The position numbers were made by a program, and so were the translations under genes. Positions 21,104 through 36,200 of a stretch of 64,000 nucleotides of DNA are shown here, piece after piece. The notes under the pieces were generated by a model. That model did not search any database. It saw only the letters and a list, made by a program, of their open reading frames with translations, and was not told where the DNA came from. Each line of letters begins with the position of its first letter. Position 1 is the first letter of the stretch. Where the stretch lies: contig CM082584.2 of the NCBI GenBank assembly GCA_040954595.2, positions 5,274,110 to 5,338,109 of the forward strand. The letters are read 5' to 3'. This DNA is from Balanoglossus misakiensis. Its lineage: Eukaryota; Animalia; Hemichordata.

Positions 21104-24100
21104 TTTGTGTTATCATCTAAAGAGACAATCAATATTAAACCGAAGTATATTGACTTAAATATTTTAGTACTCTACCTGCATTATGGAGTTACCACTACAG
21201 TTATTTTCTTTGGGCAAATGAAGGAGACTGTGTATACACAGGAAAGATTACACTGAGTGTGTGTAACCAGGCAACAAAGTCAATGTTAGTTACATTCTGG
21301 GGAAATTAAATTAGAATAAAAGCTGCAAGCAGCATTCGTGGGCTAAAGTGATGTGGAAAGGACGGTCAGGATTATAGCAGTGGTTGTGAATGTGGGAAAT
21401 GGATGCATTTTAGTTCTATAGTGCTCCAGGTCCAACAAAAAAACTGTCTTGTGACCCTACTGGTTAGCATAAAATGAGATTTGTGCATATTTAAGGTCAA
21501 CAGTTCTCTCACATAATAAATTTACAATTAAATTTGGATCCCAACTGGTCTATTTGCATTGAACACCAAACTTCTAGCCCTATTAGTTATCCTCAAATTA
21601 CACAATATGCAAAAGAATAATAAAACTTGGTCATTTTTGCCATGCAAGAAATGTGTCAAGCGTCTTCAAAGAAAACGATAAAGTTCTATCATTGCTGTTA
21701 GAAGTTACTGGTACAAAACGTAACATGAACAGCGATACATGCGTGCATGTATGATGTAAAGTGACTGATGAAGGAACTACTCAGGGTTCTGACATGAAAG
21801 TGTCAAAGGGTCACTGTGTCCAGAAAGAGGGACTGTGGTCGGAGACACAAGCGATCTGACTTTGTATCACCATGGCTAATTATTTACACTAAAGACCAAC
21901 ATGAAAAATACTGAACAGAAACGAAAAGTAAACACAACAAAAATCTATAGACAATACATGTACTGCAGAACATTGAAACTGAAGACAACTTTGAAGAAAT
22001 TGAATGGTCGATGTGTGCAGCCACTATACTTTACGAATCATTAACCATTCACACATCGGTCTTACACAGAATTTGAGACTGAGCACCGTCTTAAGATGGA
22101 GTGTTGATGCTGCCATAAATATTCGACATTGCATCCACGTCTTCAAGTTCAACTGTTCTGACACATTTTGGACACCAATGTTTACCAATACCAAAACAAT
22201 GTTGTCAACGCCATTGAAATTGCCTACGTGAGAACGTGGGCTTCACTTAGACAGTGAAGCAAATATACAGTAGCCTGTTTGTTTATCTCACAGTAACTTA
22301 TCAACACATACTATCTGTCTGTAAGGACATTACATAAGACGCTACAATGAAAGGGTAGGGTTAAGGGCCTATACCCAGTAACTAACACACCAATCTAGTT
22401 TCTTCGTATTTTATAATTTTACTGTCTACAAATCTTTTTGTAAATATCTGTCAAATTCTGCCTATTTTACTACAGAAGTTATTCACATTTACAAATAGAT
22501 CCCACTTCACTGTGTCCATTTTCAGCATAGTGCTACAGTTGTACATTGTATATGTAAATATCTCCTTATTTTCATTCCTGTCGAAATACAGCTGAAACAA
22601 TACAAAATCACGGATTTTGTATTACTGTCATTTTCTGAGAACACTCTGTAGGAGATTGCCCATTTCTTGACTGTGTAACAGACATTTGGATATTTTTCAT
22701 TCACTGAAATACTTGGAGTCATTCATCCCATCAGTGCTAACACAATGAACAGGTGCAATGTGGAATTGGTTGATATCATCATCCACAATTTTTTTTTTAA
22801 ATATCAATACAACAGATATTTCTGTCTGAAGTGGCTGATCTATTGTGTTCTCATTTCAGACCACTTTACAATTAGCAATTCCCCAAATTCTCGTTAATTA
22901 TAACTACCGGTACCTCCTATGTTTGTTTTGTCAATTAGCAAATCCCAAAATTCTCGTGAATTTAAGTACCTTGTATTATTTCACATTTTGGAGATTTTCC
23001 ATCTAAAATGAAATCAAACTAGTCTGTGAAAAGACTTTGAGAAAGATTTCAACCGAAGAAACTAACATGCTGTGCTTGGGAAATTCAGTCAATGGACAGG
23101 TTGACACAAACACAAACAGTTAACAGTTAACTTTCAAACCACAGGTTGAATGACACAAACAGCATTGTAACAGTTCCCTTCCACAAAACAAAACGTATGT
23201 AAACAATTTAACACTGAATCAATTAGCACATTTGTGCTGGTATCTTTGTGAACCCAGAATTCTAATGACCTTATTAAAAACAAAATGCTTCAATGGACAT
23301 AGCATGACCCTCTTCAGAAAATAACTGTGTTCCACGAAAATAACAGTAGACTGCTCAACTAAAGAACTGTAGAGATAGAATTATGCAAAGGGTCCAATAA
23401 TCTGGATTCTGGAATTGTAAATTTAATTAAATGGGAATATATAACCTAACTTTATGAAAAGATGCTGCATTACTCAAGAACCGAAGAAAGGAAAACATAC
23501 TACGAAAAAACCCGGGACCTCCATGGTATCACATCAAAACTGTCCTAGACGATTGACGTACTTACAAGTTCGTTATAACATTACCTGTGTTAACCGGCTT
23601 TACAACAAATCCTTATACGGACGAAATGTGAAGCTACATCAACATGATCTAAGTACCTGTTCCGACCAACAACGTCATACCGACATGAATGACGCCGAGA
23701 CACACACATATGATCTCGAGAACAACATTGTCCGAAACAAACATCTGGAAACCAATGATCTAGACAAGCTCAGCTAACCAACCAGTATATCATGGCCCAC
23801 ACGGACCGTCACTCTGTAACGATAAGGCGATCGTGGCAGACGCGATCCAGTCTACTTCGTCCACTTGTAATGTTACACCATACGGTGGCTTCTACAGCAT
23901 TACAAGTCTGCTGAGTAGCTACGTTGACAGTTTACATGGCGACTCATTATTACACAAATTAGCGTACACATACTTACAAGTTACAGATGAGCTTCTGTAC
24001 TTCTATGGTGGCAGCTGGGCGTATCCTTGTGCAATTTTACGGTGGCAGTAAAAGAACCCAGTTTCAACCATATCAACTGGAACGGCTTATTTAACCCATA

Positions 24101-27100
24101 ATCAGATCATCAAAGGGTCGTTAAAATTTTGCTATGTGCCCACACACCTAATCGACGATATATCAGCCATCTTGAAAGGCGAGAGTGATTTGTGCGCAAA
24201 TTAATCTGCGCATTGTTAGTAACGCAACTGTCACAATTCCGACGCAGAGGGCAGCCTACTGAATGCATTCAAGCCAAGATGTCAGATGAGCGTTTGAGGC
24301 ATCAAATAAAATTGCTTTGTGACTCTGTGATGTATCGAATCAAATACACTTACCACCGTTCTCCTCTGCCTTTGTTTAAACTTTACTTGCACGTGTGTAT
24401 CATTGCTGCAATCCACTTGTCAGTTTTAATAATATAGGACAGTCAACTAGGTATAGTCTAATGCCTTAGGGACTTGTTAGTTTCTTCAGTGGGGGTCAGT
24501 TAGTTGCAATAACTGTCGCCTTGGTGGGCTGGTTGGGGGTGGATCCAGCCACCCACCAGCTCACCATGGCTACAATTATTGCAGCTAGGGGTCAGTCTGC
24601 TGTGATGCATGCTGAAAAGTCTCCCCACCACGGTAAAAGCAAAATAGGGTGACCCCTATTACATATTCCCCCATCAATGTTCTCACAATCCCACTCGTCA
24701 GAAATCTTTACGTCACAACAACATAAATGTTGATTTTCCGAGCGTTGTTCCCAATTTTGAGTGTAAAATGCCAATAAAAACATATCAATGTAAAGTGGAG
24801 AGTATTCTGCTGATTGGAGTATATACCCCTTGCAGAAAAAATTACAAAAATACCAGTGACTTGACACAAGATTAGTTTACAAAAATATTTTATTTACAAT
24901 GAAAACAACAAGTTATATCAAAGATAACTTTTCATAAAATATAACCAGCGTTAATAACTTACAGTGAAGTGAATTAGTGATAGTCAGTAATATGATTGTA
25001 CTCTGAATGTTACAGGCAATGTTTAAAGAGTTTGATAGAAAAAAATTCTTTGGTTTTACTCTTTCACAATCTGGATATAAAAAACTCAGAAGAGCTTCAG
25101 TGTCTTTGACACTTGCGTATAAGAAATGCAAAATGTTTTTTCTCTTCTAATATTTCAGTTTTTGTGTCTACTCAAGATCTTTCATTAATTCTATAGCCTA
25201 TAGTCTAGAAAACATTGTCCCCTCTCTTTATTCATCTAAACTTACTTGATGTAGAAGCAGAAATTCTATTTCATAAACCATATTGATACCATTACAGTGC
25301 CCCTTTAAACATTTGAAGATGTGTAAAAATTAATGAGGGGTTTTAAAATTGATGGGAATGTAAAATTGTAAAAGTCCATTAATTATTCAAATTTTTCATC
25401 ACAAAACTAGAAAGTCATGACATATATATTTACCAAAATTATACATGAAAACTGTACCTCTCTCTATTAATAAATATTAAATAAGGTGCATGGTTAGTTA
25501 TATGAGGGAGAACATTATTATCATACAAACAAAGGAATTCAAATCATAAAATTACAATGCTTACAATTTTCAAGCGAATATTTAACTGTTCCAGTAAGGA
25601 GTGTGGGAGTAACCAACCCCAGAGGAACCTTATATTCGAAGGTATCCAAGCATACAATGAGTCTTTTAATCAATCAGGGGATGCAATGAATACAGAACAT
25701 GCAACGTTTAACTGCAATTTACACTTGTCAACTAATGTCTTTCTAGATCTCTGAGATTCCCATCTGTTTGCATGGAGGTCACTGTTCACTTTGACAAGTT
25801 CCTCGATGCAACAAAGACTTGGATGAATAAAAACAGATGCACATTTGTGTATGGAGTGATAACAACACTTCAAACACTAATTTGGTAGTTCGCCCTGAGA
25901 TTACACTAAAAAGTCGGCTGACTTGTGCATAGTATTGGCTTGCTACTTTGGAAACTGTAGCAATGGATTTGAAGCACAGCTGTCAAACACACACTTGTAG
26001 AACATTAAAATACATGCATAGTCAGAGTTAGACTCTCACAGCGAACCTTTCACCAGTTTCACGCAGTCATTGCGGGCACATATTCAATCAGACGATAAGT
26101 CGGCGTAGGTTTGCAAGAGAGTGAGATTGTCATACTAGTAGCATTGGTCATGAAACTAAGTTGAATGTCAAACACTTACGGTCAATAACAAAATCCTTAA
26201 AAGATAAACTGATTTAGATGCACAGGAGAAACTCTAGCTAGCTGTCAAAAGAAATTGGTCTATTTCATGTTGGCACAAAAAACATAAAGACTACCAACTG
26301 GTCATAGTAGATTGTACTTAAAAACAAAGTGAAGGTTGCTGCCCAATCTGAAAGTCCCCTTGATTACATCCACAGGGGCTTGAGTGAAAATTCACATTAA
26401 ATTTTAATACTTGATAATAACTTTTTCCAAATTTTCTAGTAATTTACAACTGCTGTATGGTACATGTACTCACACAGTTGGTAGGCACACAAATATCATT
26501 AACATTGTATAAAAAAGAACAATATTCATTAACTTAATCAAACATTACAAACAAGACTTTTCGTTCATCTTTGGTATAAATCAAAAGTTGTCATTTGCCT
26601 GTAAAATTGAATGATGTTGAGTTTGGTGCAAATGCTGATACTTTTTATTATAACTTACAATTAATATCGCTATAAATTTGGATCTTTATTGCTTCTGCTT
26701 CAACGAAAGTTGTCTGAATTTCCATTTATATTAGTTGTTATGAGTAAAAAAAATATAAAAATTAATTTCCAAAATGCTGATGGAATATAAACATGTCACA
26801 TGCTGGTTCCGGCGAATGACTTTGTGGAATTTGTGGAATTCTTGCTAACTACAGAAGTCAATACACAAATCACCACTTCCAGAGAGACACAATGAATCAT
26901 GGAAAAATCAAGATGTATTTCCCATAATTCATTGTGAACATGTGATTTACTTTAAACCCTACTCATCTGGGGGATATGTCCCCCTTTGCAAGAATATTGG
27001 GGGGGGGGGGTATTCTACTCTCACAAGGGGAATGTAATATCGTCAATATGTGAGTGACATCCTTATATTAAAGGGGCACTGGTCTGCCTTTACAAATTGC

Positions 27101-27279
27101 TAGGGGGTGCCAACATGTCATCAAGGGGAGACTCCCCCATCTTCCCGTCTAGATGAAACACTGTTTCCCCACAAATGATTCCCTTCATCATCACTTTGAA
27201 CGAAATGAACAATTCAATGACTTCTCATCGGATGATCAGTGGCTTGCGTGGGCTCATCATAGCATTTCTCTCATTCATC

Positions 27280-30200
27280 TTCTGAAATGAAATTGAAGAA
27301 TATCAGTGAGGCTTTGCATGGGTACACACTGGAAAACAAACCATTGACACAAACAATCTCTTCTTCGAGTTTTCACTCAACACAACAAGGTTGACAAAAC
27401 CCAAACATGGCTGAATTTTAAAATGTTACTCACAAGGTTTGGTGGCCTTGGAAACCAATGACGTCATTGCTACGCCAACTCTCCGTGCAGCATACAGCAT
27501 CTCATCAGTATCACCATGGTAACTTGCTGATGATGAATAATTAAAATCAGTATGAAGTGAGCAGTTTATCACTGAAATGAATCATGACCATATCTTCTTT
27601 TCTTATTAAAATATGGTGCAAGTTTAACAACCAATTTCCAAGTCATGTGACCGACAATTTACAAATGCAATTTACTGTTGCACCTTAAAAAATCAAAGAT
27701 TTCTGATGCAGAAATTTGGGCTGAAAAGGACTGTCTCCTTTACACTCCAGGCTTGCATTCATGCTTGCCAAATGTGTACATAAATCAAGTGTTGCAGCAA
27801 GGATAGGGATACTATTTTGGCTGACATTTTGCATATTTTGGGGACAGCATAAAGTGTGTGTGTGCACGTGTACATACACAAGTTCATGTACAATGTACAA
27901 CGTGACACATAAAAATTTTATGATTTGATATATTCAATAAATTTGATTCACTCACCATCAGATGTATTAACTGGGTATACGGCACTTAATCTGCGTAATA
28001 AATCATCTAATTCTGCTTCCTCTGACGGAAATGCCTTCGATACATTCGTTGATGGGAAATGGATTGTGCTTTGATTGACAAGATGTGGAGGGAGGAGTCT
28101 GCTGTCAGTTGTGTCTATGCCAGCTTCTGATTGGCTCAGCCTTTGCTGCTCTCTGCTGTCAGTCATTGCTATTCCTGATGATGATTGGCTTATGTATTGT
28201 TGAGAAGGCAACAACTTGGCTGGAGCTGATTGGTCCATCATATTTCGTGGGTCTGGGGCTGGTCTGGACGTTGGCACGTACATTGATGTTGCGTGGCTGG
28301 GATGTCTCTGTCCCTAAAAAATGCAATTGAAATAATTTAACTCTTTTAGGAGCATGGTTCAGTCAAAGCCCATTGTTTTTCAGACTAAAATTCAAATATC
28401 AACAAAAACATGGCACTTCACAAGCCTACATACTTTGTTGGGAAGCTCAATACTCGGCACTGTATAATCTATGCATGTTTTAAGTGAGTAGAACAAGAAA
28501 CAGTGGTTGTTGAATAGATAAAAATAGCGACATAATCATCACTGTCCTATTAATATTTTGGTTAGATCCACTTCTTTCTCGGATTATTGAAATTTTCACA
28601 GACTGCCTCTATACCAGAGTGTGTGTGCCATTCATACCAAATCCTTTCTGAAATAACCTTTTTGACATCAGTATATTGAAAAGTTCCTGTGGTGCCTAAG
28701 GGTCATTCTCAGATTGTCACAAAAGTTCAACTAACGAAATTCATTCGTTTAGATGGAGGGGGGTTTGATCTCAATTCGTTTAGTGAATTTCACTTATTTA
28801 GATGACAACAATTTTCCTTTTTATGTTTTTATGAAAGCAAAAACCAATACCAAAGAAACAAATTTCCTCTGTTGAACTATGTGACAATCTGAGATGGTCC
28901 CTAATAGAACCTAACACTCCCAAGTACCTTGGATCAGATTTCTCACACAAGCCCCAACATGTGTGAGACAAATTATCCCCAACTCGCGTGAGAAATCTGA
29001 TCCAAGGTCCTTGGAGTGCGAGATTCTATTTCTCACACGAACAAAGATTTGCTAAATGCGCTCAGAGACATTGATTCATTGACTGGGTAACGGTTGTCAG
29101 ACACATTGTAGTTTCTGTCCATGTGTTACACATTGCGCCATTGGATAACATTTCGTGCATGTTAATTAAAGAATGTTTATCATCCAATCAGCGATCATGT
29201 GATACAACACTTTCGAGTCTGCGAGAGTGTGGGATCGATTAATCACGCCCAGTGGCCAGGATTGTGAAGAAGAAAAATACTGCAAAAAGGGATATTTTCG
29301 TGACAGGAAATTTTTGCAATATCAAAAGAGGCAACTGTCACACGACAATTAATTTTCACGTTCTCATACGTCACTAACTGCATTGTTATCACCTAAAAAC
29401 GTTTTCACGCGACGTTTTATTTTTCACGTTTTTTTTACCTGCTCTTCAGAAGTTCGCAAAAATTTATTGTTCTCGAAAATTTCCCATTTTACAGTATGCA
29501 AGTCTTATATTATAATCTTGTTAGCATTTTACCTGAGTTAACAAGTATCTGAGTCGTTGCACAACTAATTCCAATTGCTTATTATGTTCCTGAAGAATTT
29601 CTTGTCTTGCTTTCATCTCTTCACGGTCTTCTTTCCAATGTTCCACATTTATTCGACTGGCTTCACTTTCTGAAACATCCGTTCTCTTCATGATTTCCAT
29701 CTCTTTCAATAAGTCCCTGCAACAAACAAACACTTTAATGCACCCTAGACTCTACACATTCAAAGTACTTTTCAGCTATCACTTTACTGTCATTTTCGTA
29801 TCATATACATGCACTTGTTTACAATCAAGTTTTTTACAAAAATTTTTTTTTTTTTTAAAACAGCATATCATATCGTAATATGATACCTTTTTGTACTCAG
29901 AAAAATATTCTTCTAGAATTTCTCAATACTATCTTAACGTACATTTTCCTTATTTCTTGATACATGTGTATGTGTATTGTAGACAGTTTTTGAGCACATC
30001 TTTCTGCTAAATTAGTCATCTTATGTTTCTGCAAGTTATCTTATTGAACCTGTCAAATGTAGCCTTGTTACATGTATCTCATTACACTTACAACTTCAGC
30101 TAGAAAAAATATTTGAAAAATGTTCCTCTGATTTTTCAGACTTTGAATTTTTTCCCTAATTATAAAATACCAAGCACCTTTAGCAGCAATGTGTACGTCC

Positions 30201-33200
30201 TTCCCCTGGCCTTACCTATTTTCTTGTTCTAGATGAGATATCAGTTCTTTCAATTCACGGATTTCATTGGCTGCGGCTATTGAACTTCTACTGGAATATG
30301 TCTTCCATGAATCTCTCAAAGAATTCTTCAGCAAGCTGCCATCAGTTTGTTGTGGTCTGTTCACTTTATGTGGTGCTGTCACTGCTTCTACCTCAGCCAA
30401 CCTACGTGTCACAGATCACAAAACAAAAACCCTTTATTAGGTGCCATAAGGCAGTGTACTGTCCTATTACAACAGACAAGATGGCGGCGACCATAGTTTG
30501 TGTCGGAGATCAGGAAAATACAAGCATATTGGGTGAAAAGACAAGACGAAACTAAAGTCTACTTATACGGTGCACATGAAAAATGGAAGGAAGTGAAAGA
30601 AGTCCACTATTTGAATGTGTCGAACGCAAAGTTTTTCAGAAAATTGGATTGAACATTATGTCTGTATACACGAAATTATGCACATGCGCATCTATGGCTC
30701 AACAGCTCAGACAACCTCTAGTGTTCAATTTTTAAGATTCAGCCAATTGCAAGAATAATACATACCTTCTAGAAAGCTTGCCAATCTTAAGATGCATCTC
30801 TGAATCCGATCTATTCAGGTCACTATAAAGCAAAATGAAAAGCAAATCTCTAAATCTGACATCTTAATAAAACTTTATGTCACATCATGGAATATTTTTC
30901 ACCAAGGTCATGGAATACAGCTGAATGGGTCTGGAATTGCATTGATATTCAGTGCCAGAAAAATGAATGGAGATTCCCAAGTAAAATTTGAAAGGGGACC
31001 ATCCACACCAATTTCACTGTGGAAGATTAAAAAATGACAGGACAGAATGTGATTTACTTACGTTTCATAGGAGCTGTCATAATCACTGGTCGGTGGTATC
31101 GGCAAATAATTGGGTTTAAACTTTCGTCTGTGTTTCTTACTGAATCTGTTACGGACGGTCTTGGCAAAGGCTTTGGCATCATCTGTGGTTGAAGCCTGGA
31201 AGAAGATAAAGATTCCAAGGTGTTAGTGACATAGTGCTAATGGACGGTGTGTTAAATTCTCACATTCCCAGCTGCTGGGGTGTGTGTGGCATCCCAAGTG
31301 TGGGATAAATCAATACCACACTCTCAGAAATTAAAAAACGTTATATGACATGCGTGCTGATTGGATAATAAACAATCCTTGCCTAAGCACATTTAAAATC
31401 TTATCCAATGGCGTAATGGGTAGCACATGGACAAGAACTGAGGTGCCAGACGACAGTCATGTAGTCAATAATTTACTGTTTGTTACGCACATTCAACAAA
31501 TTTTGGTGTAATGTAAAAAAAAAAAAAAATTCACACCAACAAATGTGGATGTAATATTTCACACTTGTTGGGGATATTTTGTCTAACGTATACATGTACA
31601 TCAAATGTACTTTATTTTAAAAGTGCAAACATATGAGGAACATCTCTAACAGCAATGCCAAAGATTGGTACAAGATCACACTACGGTATACTTACAGCCA
31701 CTACAAATTCCCGTACAGGATGTGTGTATTTGTGACTTTTGCTGGAACGGTTGGTGAAGAAACATTCCTGACACAAGTCAAAGTTGAAACATTTGAGGCA
31801 CTTGTATCTGAATCCTATCACAGGATACGCTTTGCAGATGTTACATTTCACTTCGTGTTTCACTGAAATTAAACGAAAAATGACGGTTATACACAGCACC
31901 GTTTGCAATGTTCATTTTGTCATGCCATACTTGTTGGAAAAACAAACTGGTTGTCACTGAACTACTACAGATATTACCACAGCTTCTTGCTTAGCTGTGA
32001 AGGACTTCATATCCTCAGATGTATTTATCAGTGGTTGCAAGTCATGATGGAACACATCTGAATTTCTCAGTGGAGGTGACATTTGACTTAGAATGTCGGA
32101 CATCACTTACTTGTTTCAGCAGTAGCGAGTCGATGCATCGTTGGAAACCAGACCAGCGTTTCGGGTTCGGCCATCAACCAATTCATGAGCCGATCTTCAG
32201 TCAATGCTGACCCCATACACTGGCAGTTGAAAATCATAACCAAACAGTAAGCTCTCAATATATTCATGATGATGAAACACACATATGACCACTTGGCAAT
32301 CATTTCAAATATCAAAAACCCATGACAAATCAATACTGGTGAATTAGTTATTGATATCACCTTGAAGTCCATAATTGTCAAATACTTCCACCAGCTGTGT
32401 TGACACAAATGAGGTTGCATGTACATCTCGAACCAAAAATCAAAATTTGTAAACTACAATGTGTACTTACAGTTTCAAACACATTATTCAAAGCATGGTT
32501 CACTTCAAAACCTTGAAAAGATGCACTTTCATAAACTGCATCCACAATCTGAAAAAGAGAGAGAGAAAACAAAAAAGTGTTGGACTTTATTTTTTTTAAA
32601 TATTTGACTACTATTAAAGTACTAGGTAAAAGTAGTGTGACCTTGAGATGGTTTCAAATAATAACTTCTAACAGCTTCCATTCAGAGTGGGGTAAATGTC
32701 CCTGAAGGGTCATTCGTATTGGTAGCTCAGCTTTCTCAAAACATTTTTTTTCACTTCAATTTGATATCATGAATCAAAGGTTGCATATTAAGTTACCAGC
32801 CAGACCAGCTCTGACCTGCGGTAGACTATCTAACAGCCCACGGTCGGCTACCAGGCTCTTTTAATACATGTTGCACACAGACGTGCCCTCAACCATTTAC
32901 TAGTAAATGAGACGCACCATACTTTACTGACTCGTAGGCAGAGCTTCACTCGGCCGTTGAGGGCGCACATTCAATCAAATGCTAAGTCTGCGTAGGCCGC
33001 AGTGAGAGAGTCTATGACCCGCTCGCGGTTGCTGGGTTTCACAGCTATGGCACTTGTCAGCAGTTTTAGATCTATTATGCAAGAACACTGCTCGCTTGAT
33101 TACACTACTATCCTTTACTGCCATTGATGAATGATATTTGTGCTGGTTTCAGTATTGTTGCATATTAAATATCATGGACAAGTTCATAAGAATAAGACAG

Positions 33201-36200
33201 TTTACCAAAACTGACAATAATTGCCACCAAAAAAATTGTATTTGTAAATGGTTAATGGCAATCGACAGATACAAATGCAATCCATTTTCGTACAATTATA
33301 TTCAGCTCTGTGGCTGACAGCAAAGCTACAATATAAATTACAAGTTACATGTATAGCTATTCAAGCTTGAAAAATACAGAATGAGTCAGTCTGGCTAACA
33401 TACATCCTACAAACCATCAGCTGTATATGATATTTGTAATGTTCAGTGTTGCTCATATAAAATTACCTGAGCCATGTCTTGGAGGAATGCCGTCATCTGC
33501 TTTCTGCTCACAATGCCACTGCTATCACTGATTTGTTGAAAGAAGTCTGCAAACAATCCAAAAAGATTTCAGTGGAGCTGTCAACTGTTGATTGCAAATG
33601 TTACCGTAATCCTAAATATATTACCTGAAGTTTACCAAAGTTATATAGTGACATAGATTGAGGACATTAACCCCCACCCAATCTGATTAATATCAGTTGT
33701 AGAGATATAAGGGCTCCATGTTTCAATTGCTAGGTGAAGGACTATTGAAGGGAAATACATGAGCCTTTATTCAAGTTGGGATTTAGTAAATAGTTATTGG
33801 AGAACAAAGAAATTAAAATATGCTGGGCATACACTGTAAAACGGGTTATTTGCGCGAGCAATACATTTTTGCGAAATACGTGAGAGCAACAAAAAAAACG
33901 TGAAAATAAAAAGTCGCTTAATTAGTGAAACATGAGAATGTGAAAATTAATCCTTGCATAACAGTTGCCTCTTTTGATATCGCAAAAATTTACTTTCGCA
34001 AAAATAACCATTTTACAGTATTTCTCTTTACAGTTGATTTTTAATCACAGATTGATTCTACCCCACTCTTGCCTTTGGCACACACAGAGAAAATGCAACT
34101 TGTTGTAACATAATTTCAGAAAAGGTCAGGTTCTTAATATCTCTTCCCTACAGTCATTTAGTCATTATTAAAATGCATCCATAAATTATGCAGCCATACC
34201 TTTTCACACACACGTCACGACACATGCTGGGCACTATTGATCAATAAGCTACCCAATGCTACACAGCGTGCCCTCTAAGCCCACCTGACATGCCACTGAA
34301 CCAACAAACCCACTGGTGACTCAAGAAAATTATCCTCACACTACATTGCAAAGGTATAGGGCTGAATCAGAGAAATATTTAGAAATCCTCAAATTGACTC
34401 AAAACTTATAAAAATTGTTTGTTAGCGGGCACACTGATGCTACATATACGGTGATATCAAACGACACAAATGCCACATACGCTACAACCTCATCCTCTTA
34501 GCTGCTTAATCCTTCATGTTCATATGTGATAATCTCCTCTCAATGGGATACAACTTTTCTCATGTGTGTTGTAACATGGTATAACATACAGTTTTAATGT
34601 CAATTAATTTTTACTGGTACTCACATCTATATTTATCTGTGATTCTTGCTGAACACATTGTCACCAAAGCAATTTTTACAGACAGCACTCGGATACAACC
34701 TGCCCTTCCCCTGAAAATAAGGTATCAAATTACACATTCAAGTGAATGTAACTGGTGAGTTCAATTTCCAGTTTTATCAACTGTACATAAAATTAACCAC
34801 CTTGAAGGATGGGTTCAGATACTGAGCTTTCAGAAAATGTATCTAAAGTATGTGAGGCCCCTTTGATTATCTTTATGGTGTAGGTAACTTCTATCATCAC
34901 TTTAAGCCTTTCATCCCCCATTTCCCTCTTTAGAGGTCCAAGCTTACCATAGAAAACAATGGGTTTGGACTGAACCATGGTGGTGATAGGGTTAGCAGAG
35001 CAAAGATACTGCCATCACAACTGCAAATCATACTTTTGGTCATTATTTTACTATGATGCATAACATCCCAATTTATTTTAATGATTTTTACATTTTATCA
35101 TTTCTTATCTTCTTTCAGATAAAGAAAAGGGATTGCTGGAGTTGAGGAGAAACTGAAAAGTTTTGACTTAAAATATTAAGTTCTTTGGGAGCATGTAACT
35201 CACTGTTTGTTCCACAGAAAGACAGGCAAAGTTCATGTGAAAGAAAACACAAGCACTAATAGCATGCGTAAGTCCTCAGTGTCAAAATATACTTACATGT
35301 CAAAGAGATTCAAAATCCAATTGAGACAAAGATCTGAGTGTAAATTCACATCAATATATCTTGGCATCATTTGCTTCGTCATGAAGTATATATCTGAAAT
35401 AACAGCCTGCAGGTCCAAGACATCCATAACTGTGTCGTTGTGTTCTCGGTAGCCATGTTGTTCTAATGCACTGGTCACTGTTGTCAGATCAACCACGTGA
35501 ACTGTAATACAGTCAAGAATACAAGTTTACTATTGGGATATGACTCAATGAAGGGTTAGACAGAGGCTGAACTCGCTGGAATGCTCCTAGCTGTTGGTCC
35601 ATAGCTGTGTTGTTTTTGGACAGGATTTTCTACCTTTTTAATACTGATTTTGACTTTGATGATTTTTTACCCCCAAGTCGTAAAAAATTAGCCAAAAAGG
35701 TAGAAATTTCTGTCTGAAAACACCACAGCTATGGACTCAGAGCTAAACTGCTCCAAGGTGCGTTAGGAGTACAGGTCTGTACATTGGCCCAAATATTGTA
35801 AAACACTTTGATTTAGTAGCATGCTTTTATAGCAAATTTGGATTTTGAGTACAATTAACAGGTTTTTATTGTAGCTATAAAGGCATCTTAACCCTGGTAA
35901 CTATAGAGAAAATATTGAATAGAGGGTTTTCAAGTAAATACACACTTAGCTAGATTAGCTAAAATAACCTGCTTACATACTCAAGTCAATATGGATGACC
36001 ACCCTAATCAATGCAAACAAACAAGCTGACAAACATGAAGTTACCCTAGACTGGCCACATCCTTACTTACATTTGAGGAATTTTTGCATTATTCTCACTT
36101 TCATGGCTGCCCGATAAGCTGCATACTTGATGTTGTTCAGTGTATCTAAAGAAGTAATAAAACATACATTTGTTTTAAACTGATGCTACACCTATTCAAT

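Noticed and set aside
21100-27200. Short ORFs between the Roco and dystrotelin-like genes
   Set aside because: No domain-like content or consistent splice phases. The region fits the Roco 5' UTR intron and promoter (CpG-rich, about 23500-24400) and the dystrotelin-like 3' UTR.
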